NCBI GenBank assembly: GCA_051530055.1
Contig: CM121342.1
Span: 15,205,480 to 15,269,479 of the forward strand
Source: Neoechinorhynchus agilis
Lineage: Eukaryota > Animalia > Acanthocephala
DNA: 64,000 bases
Reading direction: 5' to 3'
The position numbers and the translations under genes are program-made. The notes beneath the pieces are model-generated. The model ran no database searches, was not told the origin of the DNA, and saw nothing but the letters and a program-made list of their open reading frames with translations. The stretch's first letter is position 1. Every line of letters starts with the position of its first letter. Shown piece after piece: positions 39,701 through 51,553 of this stretch.

Positions 39701-40020
39701 AATCACGTCTTTCGGCATTATTGGGTTTGACTTGATATTTAGGATGTGAGGCCATCTTTTGATCGGGTATACTAAATATCCATACTGAGAATCATTTGAA
39801 GATGTCGACTGTTGAAAGACATTTGAGTCCTCCAACAGGAGCTTTGAGTTTGATGAGGGTTTCGCAAGCAGTTTCGTTCGTAAAGCTGAGGCTAAGGGCA
39901 ACCTCAGGACATTGGGTAGTCGTTTGCTATCCTCCGCTGCAACGCTAGGTTGCGAATACATTTTGCAAACAGCGTGTATGTTACATCCAGGTTCTGGTAA
40001 TACCCAGAAACTGAATTTGA
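36730..40020 (-). mobile_element. Near-full-length degenerate I/Jockey-group LINE (gag-like ORF1 + APE + RT)
   Basis: ORF1 knuckle CANCNGQHSVLDKEC (39205-39465); APE VLQWNCGG...IFLQETK (38511-38816); DLRPISL; VPQGSPLSPILF; RYADD at ~37275. Confidence 0.85.
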
Positions 40021-40229
40021 ACCGTAAATTTATGACTCAAAAAATTCTACGAATTAAAAAAAATTGTTGAATAAGAATTTATTCAGCATAGCGGATGGCA
40101 TTCCATCTATCGCATATCGATCCGCGCGCGTTGCACCACATATCGATCACCGCCCGGAGGACTAAATAAATGACCACAGTGTGTGCAAAGATATGACATT
40201 TAAGTTTGAATAAAACACTATAACAATAA

Positions 40230-40270
40230 TTGACTGAAGAAGTCCAGTGTGATTGGAGGAAATATTTCAA
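40230..40270 (+). ncRNA. Degenerate Penelope-type minimal hammerhead ribozyme motif 1
   Basis: ttga-CTGAAGA-a-gtccagt-gtg-attggag-GAAA-tatttcaa: core boxes, stem II and palindromic gaaatatttc. The stem II closing pair is mutated. Confidence 0.5.
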
Positions 40271-40550
40271 CAACTCAGCACAAGGTGGATTTTGAAAAGG
40301 CGAGATTCATAACCAGCGAACCGGATCTGAGAAGAAGACTGATTCTTGAGGCCATTCACATCCGGGGAAATCCAACGATGGAAGGCAACAAATCAAACTT
40401 CACTCTGGTGCTTCCAAAGTTGCGTAGCATGACGAACAAATTAGTTGGCAACAAACCGCAAGAGGTGTGTGCGGAGCAAACCCGCGGATCTGAGCTGCAT
40501 CCAGAAATGACCGGCTGTGCATGCTGTTTATGTCATCTCCATTTTAGATA

Positions 40551-40592
40551 GCGACTAAAGAGGCAAGGAAAACCTTGCGAAATATTTCTCAA
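40551..40592 (+). ncRNA. Degenerate Penelope-type minimal hammerhead ribozyme motif 2
   Basis: CTAAAGA-g-gcaagg-aaaa-ccttgc-GAAA-tatttc-tcaa: perfect 6-bp stem II; core G5 changed to A. Confidence 0.5.
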
Positions 40593-40645
40593 ATAAAAAA
40601 ATGAGTAACGACAACACCGGGGACTGGATTCGCCAACGTACAATT

Positions 40646-41649
40646 TCAATTAAAGTGATTGTTTGATATATATAATTTTTCCTGTGCACCGTAGAATGCG
40701 ATGTGATTGAAATTTTGAGATGTCATCCATGAAGAACAGAGCATCATTAAAGAATCTTCAGATGTTGCATCAATAATTCCGAACGGAGATTTGATAAAGT
40801 TATGCAAGAAAACGTTTCTTAACTGTGTTGATTTTTGAAAATCATTCGATTCAATCAGTATTGTGATATTCATTATTTCTCGTGCAAAAGTCTCGACAGC
40901 GCGTCCGCAATGTTTTGGAGACGTATCGATTGGAATAATGCATTAAAAAGTTTAATCTTTTATTTCAAATTATAATCAACATCAATCACAAACGAATTAT
41001 TTTTCCTTCGCAACTCATCAAAGAGAACATAATTTCGTTCCGCGGAATACAATCGATTTGGGCATTACGATCAAACTCCTCAGAAGCGACAAGGCGATCG
41101 CTTCATAGTACTTCCAAACGGCTTCAAATTTCTTACGATCAGGATATAACAGATTTCTCGGGGCTGACAAATGATTTCTGAAATTAAAAACCATGTCCCA
41201 TCGCAAAACTAAAGATCAAAAATCATCTCTAAACCCACGCTGGCATGGATTGCGATATAAGTTTTGAACCGTTAGACCGTGAGTTCAGTTCTAATACACT
41301 CGCATCGCATGAATTTTCGTCCTCACCCACTGCATTCATGTAAACGATGCTCCAGTCCTTTATACCGTCCAGAACATAATAAAGATTTATACTTGTAAGA
41401 ATTCTTCACAATTTAAGTATAAACTTCAACTTTAAACAACAACGTCTCTATATCCTTCCCAGAGCACATAATCGCGGACGCCAATGGCGCAAATGGAGTT
41501 CAAATTATATTGGTCCTCGTCTATCTTAAACCTAATCTTACCGAACTGCTTTATCCGAAGTTTACTCCCACATCGGTCAAAGTTAAGAGAAGGGTCCGTA
41601 AGACTTTCTTTGAGAATGAAAAATCTCTCGACCTTTTCTGTTTTTTCTT
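40646..41649 (-). pseudogene. 5'-truncated copy of an unrecognised multi-exon gene (paralog of 53968-54697 and 56218-56430)
   Basis: 40922-41649 aligns with 53968-54697. Exon frames INLYYVLDGIKDWSIVYMNAVGEDENSCD and NHLSA...PDRKKFEA.WK.YEAIALS are shared. It lacks the signal-peptide start. Confidence 0.55.
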
Positions 41650-41808
41650 TTCGTGAAAAATACTATTCTTGTTTATGTAACTATAAATATTTGGAAGATT
41701 TTATTGATTTTTGTTATTCGTATGCTTAGCATCGTCTATTGACAGAATTAATGTTTGTTTCGCAACCAAGTGTTGCGGCGGAGGGTGGCAAATGGCCACC
41801 CAATACTC

Positions 41809-43163
41809 AAAATCAAATCCTTTGGGGTCAGAGATAAATATGGCAAAGCGAATATTTCTCCTAAAGCAAAAGCGCCCCGCTTGATGTCCATCCTATCTCC
41901 ATCCAAAACTCTATGGTATCTATTTACGAGAGATCTCTCGCCAGTTCAATTCTTAATTTTGCTGTCGAACATGATTGCATAGATCCTAGATGCCACGGGT
42001 TTTTGCCCGGAAAATCGGTTCACACCGCAGTTGGGCAGATTATTTACAATTTTAAAAACGGCAAAAATGCAATGAAAGTTTTAATAGCCTTTGACATTTC
42101 TAAGGCGTTTAATAACATCGATATCTATCTTGAAGTCGAAATTTTTCTATTTTCAAGACGATCACTCTAAAACCTTTTATTTTCCGACCAAAGGAGGCCC
42201 TCAAGGATCTCCTTTTTCACCCATTCTTTTATGTCTAGCCACACAATTTATAGTTCAGAATTGCAGAGTTTGCAGGGGAATTACTCTATATGCTGATGAT
42301 ATGACCGCTGTTATAAGTGAGTCTAGCTACATCTCAGGTAGGATAAGTCTTCTATCTTTACTTAAATTTTTACACCATGTTTTACCTCAAATGGGACCAG
42401 ATCTCAATCCCAGAAAAACTAAATTTATTTTAAAGTCACACTCGACGATTTGTAAACGCAAAATCCGAGAATTCTATAGAGATTATTAAAATCTTGATGA
42501 TGTTTTAGTTAATAAAAAATATACATTTTAGGATATTATTTTACAACCAATTTGAACACTAAGGCCCATCTTGGTAAATTTAAAAAGCTTTTAAAGGCAG
42601 CACAGGCTAAAGCTCGACGTCTTAATAAGCTAGCTATAAAGAATAAAGTGATCAAAACCATTTGGAATTGTTGGGCAGTATCTGGCCTGGTTTTCCATTC
42701 CAGAGGCCGTCCTCTCGAACAGCGCAAAGAATTCATTCGCACCTTTCTTATTGTTCTGAGCAAACTCCCCTATCCCTAGGCACATACAAATGACTGGGCC
42801 GAGAAAGCACATCGCTGGTGTCAAATGGACGAGTAGAGAGATAAAATAGTGTATGGATATTATTGCCGATCTTTATCCATCGTTAACACTATGGTCCTTC
42901 TCTCGGATAAATTTTTTATTGACAGAATAGAATATTTTTGCGAGCAACAGATAAACACTTGAAACTCTAAAAATGCAGAGGGACTGATTGAGAAAAAATG
43001 TCAAATGATCATTTAAGGGTTCCCGAACGAATATCCCCCGACCTCACCAAATCCGCATTCCAAAGTTTCAATCCGATATTGTTTATCGCTCAAATAACCA
43101 TCAAAAACAATGCCATAATGAGGACCCAAAGTACATGGTTCCAATTCTTATCTAACAAACGTG
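41809..43163 (+). mobile_element. I/Jockey-group LINE RT 3' part, followed by a stem-loop terminus
   Basis: HGFLPGKS, FDISKAFNNI, PQGSPFSPIL, LYADD. The C-terminal W..W..SGLVF..GRP is homologous to the 36730-40020 element. Motif gaggacccaaagtacatgg at 43120, aaacgtg at 43157. Confidence 0.85.
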
Positions 43164-43299
43164 TCCGACATAACTGTTTTATTGTTTTTAAAGAACTCAC
43201 TCTTTACACACACTGTGGTCATTTTTGTAGCCTTCACGGGCGCCGATCTATATGTGGCGCAACGTGCGCGGATCGATATTTGGTGCAAATCATATACAT

Positions 43300-43796
43300 C
43301 ACCTTTTCTAGACACAAGGATGAGCTGGAAAAATTAGACGAGACGGTGAAAGCCTCCCTCGACAAAATTTTAAATACTCAGCTGCAGGATGAAACCTGGC
43401 GTCAAGCATCCTTGTCGGTGTCGTCCGCCGGTTTGGGTATCCGAAAAACAGCCGATATTTCTCTGTCAGCTTGTTTGGGATCGCAAGAAGCAAGTCGGAA
43501 AATAGTTCAATGTGCTCTTGGCGAGAATTACACTTTGGACTTTGGTGTGGAGATTCATACAGCGAGCAGGTCCCCGTCAATGGTTGCAAACAATCAGTTT
43601 GGGACTCACCCCTGGTAGCGAGAATTCATAACTCTTTAATTTCAGATTCACATGACCTAATTAACCAAACTTGATTGATGGCAGTCTCTACAAGAGAATC
43701 GGTTGCTCGACTCAATGTTATCCCGATCGCTTCCGTGGGTACCCTTCTCTACGACGAGACTGTAAGGATTGCAGTGTCCCTGAGACTTGGGGTGTC
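43300..43796 (+). mobile_element. CRE-like retrotransposon internal fragment
   Basis: TWRQASLSVSSAGLGIRKT, QSVWDSPL, AVSTRES..RLNVIPIASVGTLL.DE..RIAVSLRLG. Confidence 0.8.
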
Positions 43797-45684
43797 CTTT
43801 AATCGTCGAATCGCGTCTGTCTCTTTGTGCGCAAAGAAGAACCTGATGTTCTCAGTAATTAAAGGTTGAATTTTATACGAATAATTCGAAATCCATCGAC
43901 TGTAATAGGCGAAGAAGCCTAATAATTGCTTGAGCATTCTTGGATTCGACTTAATTGGAATCTCTTCCAAGGCTTTCAGTCGCGTTGGATCCGGACATAG
44001 GTAGCCATTGCATATCTCGTAACCAAGTACTTGAATCTTCTCTTGACAAAAAAGACACTTTTTCATGTTCAGCTTCAATTTCCGACTCGAGACGGCCTCC
44101 TCTAATCGCCGCAAATTCCGGTCATGTTCGTCTCGTGTTCTACCATAAAACTATGACGTCATCCAAGTAAGCGTAAGTCTGTTTTAAGCCACCAGCATAT
44201 ATCATGTTGTCCATAAACCTTTAAAATGCCGCTACAGCATTAGTCACGCCCATAGAAATCTTGGTGAATCGACATAACCGCCCATCCGCTTCAAAAGCGG
44301 TGTAATTCCTCTCTGTCGGAAGTATGGGCACTTGATAGTATGCTTCCTTAAGATCGACACAGCTGTAGAATCTATTTTTGTCAACTTCGGTAGCTACATC
44401 GTTCAACCGCGAAAGAGGATAAGCGTCGAGATATGTGTAACGGTTGATCGTTTGCGAAAAATCGACAACAAACCGCTTTTTACCAATTCCTTTCCTGAAT
44501 ACGACCACTTGAGCACGCCACGGGGAAATAGCTGGTTCAATTGCACCTTCCTCCAGCATTCGTTTTATCTCGGATTGGATGAATAAACGATCTTCACTAG
44601 AGTATTTTCTTGATTTAGTGACGATTGAGGTGCATTCCTCAGACAGGTTGTAAATAAGAGAGGGACATAAGGCGTATCGTTTATTGCGGAAAGTGACAAC
44701 TCTAAGGGGACATGCTCGCCGCGCGCTTTTAGCTTGATTTCGGAGTGCGATTTGACGAATGGCAACCCAAGAATCGCCTCAGTACATAATTGCTTTAGTA
44801 TGTAAAACTCGACGGCCTCGTAAATCCGGCAACCAAATCGTATATCGAGCGAACATTTCCTATGCACTTCCTGATACGATTTCCCAGCGGCCAATGAGAC
44901 AGTCAGTTTGACGGGTTCATAGCTTACCTTGAGTTTGTTCGCAATTTCGGAGTCCAGGAAATTCAGGACACTTTCAGTGACCATCGACACTACGACAGAC
45001 CGGTCCAGTATCCTGATTGTCACTTTCATGTGAGAGCTGAGACGATTATCGCACGTGTTTGAAGCAAGGAATATAGCCGATGCGTTGCTTTTCGAGCGCG
45101 TTTTACGCATTCTGGCGAAGTGTCTGATTTTACGACACGAACGACACTCGGGCCCTGTGGCGAAACATTTCGCTCTAGGATGTCTAGGCCCTCCACAAAA
45201 GAAGCAAGAATTAGTTTTGTCGCTTTTGTGATATCGTTGGTAACTGCTTATCCTCTTCGTTCCGACCATGCCACACGCACTCACTTCCGGCCCAGTATCC
45301 TCGGAACGCCCATGAGAGTGACCATCAATATCGTTCCAATCCTTCGATCGCTCTTCGCATTGTTTTGGCAATCTCGATGGCCCTTTCTAAGTTCAGTGAT
45401 CCTTCCTAGAGTAGCCTCTGACGAATTGTATCAGAAAGTATTCCAGAAATAAACGAATCTCTTATGAAGTCTGCTTTTGCTTGCTTCGCGCTGACTGCCT
45501 TGAACTTACAATCCTTTGCGAGTGTCCACAGGCTTTGAATGTATTGGTTCAAATCTTCGTGTACAGACTGTTTCCTGCGAGCGAGCAAGTGTCGCGACAA
45601 GACCTCATTAGAGTTTTGGATGTAGAGACTATCGAGAGTCGCCATAGCATCATCGAACGTAACAGCTTCTTCGGTTAGTTCGTT
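43797..45684 (-). mobile_element. Ty3/Gypsy gag-protease-RT fragment, no LTRs
   Basis: Gag RRKQ..E...YI..L..LAKDC.F; knuckle CFFCGGPRHPRAKC; SPWRAQVV; DLKEAYYQVP; YAYLDDVIV; KCLF...IQVLGY. Confidence 0.9.
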
Positions 45685-46000
45685 AGCGAGCAGGTCCCCA
45701 TCAATGGTTGCAAACAATCGGTTTTGGACTCGCCACTGGTAGCGAGAATTCATAACTCTTGAAATTCAGATTCTCGTGACCTGGTTAACCGAACCCGATT
45801 GGCAACAGTCTCTACAAGACAATCGGGTGCTTCGCTCAATTCTATCCCAATCGCGTCTGGGGGTACCCTTCTCTCCAACGAGACAGTAAGGATTGCAGGG
45901 AACCTGAGACTTGGGGTATCAATGTGCACATCTAATCGCTACCGTTGCGGCGCTACCGTATAACAATCGATGCACCATGGTCTCGTTTGTCGGCAATCAG
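45685..46000 (+). mobile_element. Second CRE-like fragment overlapping the same region as 43561-43796
   Basis: 45685-45920 is ~85% identical to 43561-43796, gap-free, and continues into a degenerate C..H knuckle. Confidence 0.8.
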
Positions 46001-46194
46001 GCGGGAGTTACTCACGCCTTGGTGTCGAGATACTCGGGTCGTTTGGTACCGCGGTGAAACTTTCAAAACCACTCTCGAGAGAAACGTTGCACTGGATTTA
46101 AATAAAAACCAGATTTTCTTGATTGCCGAAATGTTACTGTTAGTCGAAACAAAAACCTTCTTTTATGAGGCCAATCCTAATAAAAGCAAATTTT

Positions 46195-47690
46195 ATGACA
46201 ACTGCACTCTAACGAAAAACTTGGCGAGCCACGGCGCAGGATTCCAGCAACTTGCCTTCCACAAGTCCCCGGCTATGTCATCTGGTCCAGCTGCTTTCTC
46301 CGATTTCATCGCTTTTATGGCTCGTGTGACTTTATCTGTGCTAATTTCGTTTATGGGACCGAGGGCTTCAAGGAGGCAAGGGATTCGCGGGTGGGGGAAC
46401 TCTTCGGTCGACGCGATTTGATAGTATTCTCGCCATCTTACCTCTCTCTCGTCGTCGACCTCTCTCTCTCCACCCTCCGGATCGGTCATCCACTCCGGAT
46501 CCGTCATCAACATCACGGGGACCCAGAGTTACATGGGTTCTCTTAAACAAAATAAATAAAACGTGTTGTTGCACTCCCTGGCGATCCGTAATCATTTTTC
46601 CGCTTGCGTCATTTATGCAGTATAACTTCTCAATGTTTTGGTTCTGCAGGTGTCGCAGTTTCACAAGTCGGTACACGTTTCGCTCGCAGTCCTTCTTTTC
46701 TAGTTTCACATTTACCTCAGCATAGTGAATTGCCCTCCTAGCCTTTGATATCACTTTCTTTGCAAGTTTTCTCGCTTCGATGTAGTTTTCCCTGGTCTAG
46801 TGCCCGAGGAATGCGAGGAAGGGACGCTTCTTAGCTTGAACCATCGCTCTGACATTACCTGTCCACAACCAAACATTCCATTTTATATAGCGTCGTCCTG
46901 GTTTTGTTTCACAAGCAGTTCGCGGGCTACTGTGTGGATAGACTATTTGGCTTCGTTCCACACTTCGTCGGAGTTTGCTAGATCCGGTTGTTTAATTTTT
47001 GAAGTAACATCTTCGACCCTTCCTCTAAAATGCCACCACTTTATTCGGTGCAACATTCGGTTGCCTCGGGGAATCGATTCTCAAGCTGGCGATAGCAGGA
47101 CGATGTTAACTCGCGATCGTTTCATACGGTTCGGCCTTTGTGTCGTTGACAGTCGACATGTCTTTGCGTCGTACAAGAATGTAATCAATTTGTGACTTTT
47201 TATGCCCCGCTATAGAATGTAGGGGGCTGTAAGGGCCGTTTTATGAACCAAGTATTGGTAATGATTGGCTTATATGAGTCCGCGAAATCGATGGTGCGCC
47301 AACCACATTTGTTCCTTTGGCCGAATCCCTTTGCTCCGTAACATGGACTACCTTCAACACATTCTGCAATATGGCCGTTGAGATCTCCCGCTATAATTAG
47401 GTAGTCATCAATTGGGACTTCTCGGCTACTTCTCTCAGTAGTTGCCGAAAATCGTCTTTTTCACTGCGTCCGGTTTGTGGAGTACAAGCCGAAATAACAT
47501 GGACTGTCTTATGATACATAACAATGGACACTTTCATCAGTCTGTCGTCATATCGGTCAACTTGTTTGACATAATCTCGAAATTTCTCTGAGATTACGGT
47601 GCCTACTCCACTTCGAGTCCTAACAGATTCATTGTAGAAGACAATTTATAGCGAACCTGTCAACCCGAGGCTATTAGAAAAACCTAGAAA
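46195..47690 (-). mobile_element. RTE-clade LINE fragment (APE plus linker)
   Basis: ACTPQ, IIAGDLNGHI, ITNTWF, QIDYIL, HRP (APE); WREYY, KAAGPDDI...LWK. Confidence 0.85.
46439..46565 (+). mobile_element. 127-bp non-autonomous element (CT microsatellite, tandem 17-mers, stem-loop, AAACGTG end) inserted in the RTE
   Basis: Removing it restores the RTE frame GVQQ|RWREYY (ccatct|ttgttgcac) with no target-site duplication. Confidence 0.7.
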
Positions 47691-48559
47691 CGAGAATAAT
47701 CAAAAACCTTTTTGGATGATTCAGAAGGCGAGGTTTTCTCGCAAAATATTTCAGAAGAATAAAATGATTTTTAACCGGGAGTACCTTCATCACAAGTCAA
47801 AATTTAACACCCCGATGAATTCTCTCGATATGAGTCTAAAATGCATTTTATTATGTGGAACGTTGGTAATTCTTCGACGATAACAAAACGTAAAGTCAAT
47901 AAGCGAATATGTCGACGTCATGCGATCGACGCAAAAAATAAAACCGCACTTTCTTCCTTATTTAAAAAGCTTCTTTCTCAACGTCGAATTGAGTGCGCGT
48001 TTCATTTCACTGTTTTTATAGTACAGCGTCGATGTGCTCTTCTAAGTGATTTAAAATGAGTTTGAGCATTTCTACTTTTTATACTGAGAAGTGATCCAGG
48101 TTCAATTAAAAAGGTAATTAATCTTTCAATTTTTTCACGGAATTACGGTAAAATTTTTGAATGCGGAAATCATTCAATCTCCTTATTGTTTCTTTGATTT
48201 CAAAATTCTATTCATTTTAATCTTTCTGAGCCTTTTCGTGCGCTGCGATTTGTTGAGTTCGCTTTGGATTTAAGCGCTTGGTTTCTCTTTTGGTTGTATT
48301 CGAATCAAGTGTTCTGCTGAGTTTCATTGGAATCTTCAATATGCCACAAGGCATTCATTAGCATTTTCTGTTTGTTCTTAAGTCCTTTATGATGGTAACT
48401 TGTCATTAGGCAAACCTTAGTCTCGGTAAAAAATTATAGTCCCCTCGGATTCCTTTCTAAGGCAAGGTAATGTCGAAGTTTTTCATCGAATAACAATGCT
48501 CTGAAATCCGTCAAGATATCGTCCAATAATTCACCTATTGAAAAATGAAACTGCTCATG

Positions 48560-49345
48560 ATTGTTGTGTGGTGGCGACAATTCTTTTGTAAATTTATTGA
48601 ATCGATATTTCGGCTCAATTCAGTGCCTTTATCAAGATCTGAAAGGTCAGGATAACATTTACACGATTCTCATCTGTAAAACGTGGCCCGCTTTGTTGCC
48701 TTCCACCGTTTTTGATTGTAGAATTATTGTGGCCTCCATGATAACCCTGTCAATGCGTAAGTCACTGCGAACATACTTCCCATGATCGTAAGGTGTTCGT
48801 CTTCGTGTATATTGTGATACCCTTGTCCTTTGGCGTTGTCATCTTGATGATCCTCTTCAAATCACCGTGTATCGCTTCGTTGACATTGGGGACGCTAATG
48901 TGAATTCTAGATTTGTCCGAGTTTATTTTTTTGTTCTGCTCCTAGCACATATGCTATATCTTCTAATCATGTTCGCTGGGTATCCCCTGGTTTTAAACAT
49001 GCTTTCGCTTGTTGAACAATACGTGTAAGCCCTTGAATAAAGTGATCTCATGATGCTAATCTTGTAGTTGATTGGTGACATCGTGTTGAAAGGAGCGATA
49101 TTAGAAGAGATCCCGACTTTCCGATAGACTCTGTTGGTAAAGATATCAGTTCGTTCAATTTCGATATCCAGGAAAGCTAGCTTATGATCCTTTTTTTCAT
49201 CTACTGTCCACTGTACATTTGTTTTCTTTGAATTGAGAATATAGGTAAAAACATCGACATCAACATGTTCATCAATCAAAATAAACGTGTCGTCAACATA
49301 CAGCTGCAGAATGCTATGCTTTTCTTGGCATTGGATGTTTCCCAA
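48560..49345 (-). mobile_element. Penelope-like element RT and degenerate GIY-YIG remnant
   Basis: YVDDTF...W.VDE...LAFLDIEI...VYRK...YK.SIMRSLYSRAY.YCS...RGYP (48923-49345). Confidence 0.8.
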
Positions 49346-49466
49346 AACTCTTTAGCCTGCACGATAGCGCCTTTACCGTGAAGTCTTCGTGTCCATAGCG
49401 AATTTCGTTTATTTTCGCAAATCAAATCGCCTAATTTTTTCGCTACTAGCAGTTCTTTACATTACA

Positions 49467-49786
49467 TTAGGCCCATTACATGTCATCCGGACGCTGGTAG
49501 CTTCCCCACGCTGGACCGCCAGACTCAAGTTTTGTCGCAAGAAAGTGATTGACTGCGGCTCTTTCGTCACACTCGCGATACGTCGCCCCCAGTTCAATCA
49601 CGAATTTCGCTGCGGCCTTTCCAAATGCCCCGTAAGTCTCGACTCCGAAGGGCAGGAACAAAAACTGAGAGGCTAACTCATGATACTTCGCGGTCTTACG
49701 TTCCTCCGCTCTCGTTGCCGCGGCTCCTGTGCCTAATTTAGCGGTCGCTATATTGCTGTTTGCCAGCGTATCGACGCATGTTGCGT
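49467..49786 (-). mobile_element. 5'-truncated CRE-like 3' end, close relative of 31150-31475
   Basis: Near-identical reverse complement of the ATCVD...FLPFGVETYG...PDDM segment. Confidence 0.9.
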
Positions 49787-49789
49787 GTC

Positions 49790-50950
49790 CTAGGATGAAA
49801 TGTTTGCAGGATATGCCATAGTCGGCATAAGCACGTGTCCGTACATCGGTTTCTCATTGTATTTCCCATCTTACGTGGCCATTGGCTGTGATTTGTTTAA
49901 GGTGATTCTTGTTTTGCCGCCGTAGGACACATTCACTTTACAGTCGGCCCTCTTTGATTTCTTGAATGAATTATGCTTCCTCGCTCAACCCTTGCCATCC
50001 GTCACATCTCCTATTTCTGCTTGTGCAGTATAGGGGTCAGCGCTGCCTGTATTGGTGGGGTGATTTGTTTAGTGCATTTGCATTTACTTCGTTCGGAGCA
50101 CTATCTCAACCCTCTGTCTAGGCGGGAACAACTTAATGTTGTTTGTATTTGACAGCGGTCCCTGTCCCTTGCAAAGCCGCGCTTGTTGTGGGCTAGCAGG
50201 AAGAGCTCTGCTTTCCTCCGATTTTCTTCCACTTGTACAGGGTCTATATTTCCTTGAAACTGAGGTTTTGAGGCTGACTCATGTCGAGACCAGCCGCTAG
50301 AAACTATTCTCTTATCCACCCGATGTCTCAGTATATCTACGTAGGCTCGGGTCTTTCTATCCTCTTGCAACAACCTCTGCGCCAGGCGATCAAAAATTTC
50401 CCAATATTCGTTCTCCAATTTCATCAGGTCTGACTGTTCGTGGGCAGGGGCATCCGTCAGCAGCTTCTCTAGTTCTCCTTTCGGCTTTAGCTTGGATCAC
50501 TGTCACCTTATTCATTTCGTTGTCAGTTGCATTCGATTTCGTGCATCTTTCCAAGAACACACTGGAGAAATCAATATCGTCATTTTTTATGACGTCCGGA
50601 CGAAGGAGCTTATCATTCGATGCAAACAGCCGAACGGCAGCGCGGAAATCACTGTTTGGAGCCTTAAGCGCAGAACTTAAAGAGCTTACAGGTTGGATTC
50701 ACGAAACGCACAATGCTGCTTTAGTGAACCTGAGATGGAGTGTCCATTAGATTTCGCAAAGAGAGTCGTCATTAGCTGCTTTAATCAAGTCTCCGAGTTT
50801 CTACGTTGTCATAGACCGCGCTGATCGGGGGATACGCCGGATTAAGGTAGAGCTTACTGACAGGAGGTTCCATAATTCAGCCATAACTTCATTGGCCGGT
50901 TTTGCTGCGGGTTGAATATTTTCAAGACACACCTCATTTATGGCAGGAAG
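49790..50950 (-). mobile_element. Highly degenerate Gypsy-like gag/protease remnant
   Basis: KLL.DAP..EQ..L.KLE gag-like stretch and CKVNVSYGG...L protease-tail-like stretch; many stops. Confidence 0.35.
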
Positions 50951-51553
50951 GGTCCTCGAACGTTGCTTCCCGTTGCGTCATCTTTATCAGCATTCTAATC
51001 TTTCATTAACTTGTTCTATTCTGTTTCGGCTGATATTTTCGTTCATCGTTTTTGCTTCCAAATTTACAATACGCTTTTCTAGGTCTTTCAATTACGAATA
51101 TTCATTTGAATATACCAGCATGATCGAAATCATGAAAATAAAACATATTAACCAGTTTAAATTTTTTAGAATGACGAGTATTGCGAATCCACTCCTATTG
51201 CTTAAAAAATGAACTTGTAGTTGTTAACTTAAGTTTCAAACATTATTGATGTTGGGTGAAATTGGGTTGTCTTATGCAAATCATTTCCCACCTCGGTTTT
51301 TTGACCGAATGATGTTGTATACTTTTAAAGTTAGTGCCAAATAAGTTCACAAACAGGATAAAGTATTTATTAAAAATAAGGGGGATATTTAAATATATAC
51401 TTCTGACATTGATGTAGAGGATATAAAGGGTTGTTGAATTAATAATCCCATTGCAATAACTTTTACAATGTCGGTTTGCTTGAATCCAATCTATGCGGAA
51501 CTTCAGAGATCGGCCTTCCAACCCTAAACATTTAAGTACTGAAAAAGAAGCTA

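Larger units (their letters stand above)
40230..40600 (+). mobile_element. Penelope-like element 3' fragment (GIY-YIG C-terminal part)
   Basis: HKVDFEKARFITSEPDLRRRLILEAIHI, flanked by hammerhead-like motifs. Confidence 0.65.
41809..45907. repeat. Segmental duplication 2, copy A (matches 59902-64000)
   Basis: Constant offset 18093 (ORFs 41913/60006, 44565/62658, 45481/63574); near-identical sequence. Confidence 0.97.

Noticed and set aside
41783-41808. GC hairpin as a canonical Helitron 3' end
   Set aside because: No CTRR terminus follows and no Rep/Hel sequence lies nearby.
42998-43618. 206-aa ORF (also 61091-61711)
   Set aside because: Chance read-through of LINE tail and spacer into a CRE fragment; only the C-terminal part has protein motifs.
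48300-48440. Possible hammerhead at the end of the minus-strand Penelope element (ctaatga...gaaac)
   Set aside because: Core, stem I and stem II could not be assembled consistently.
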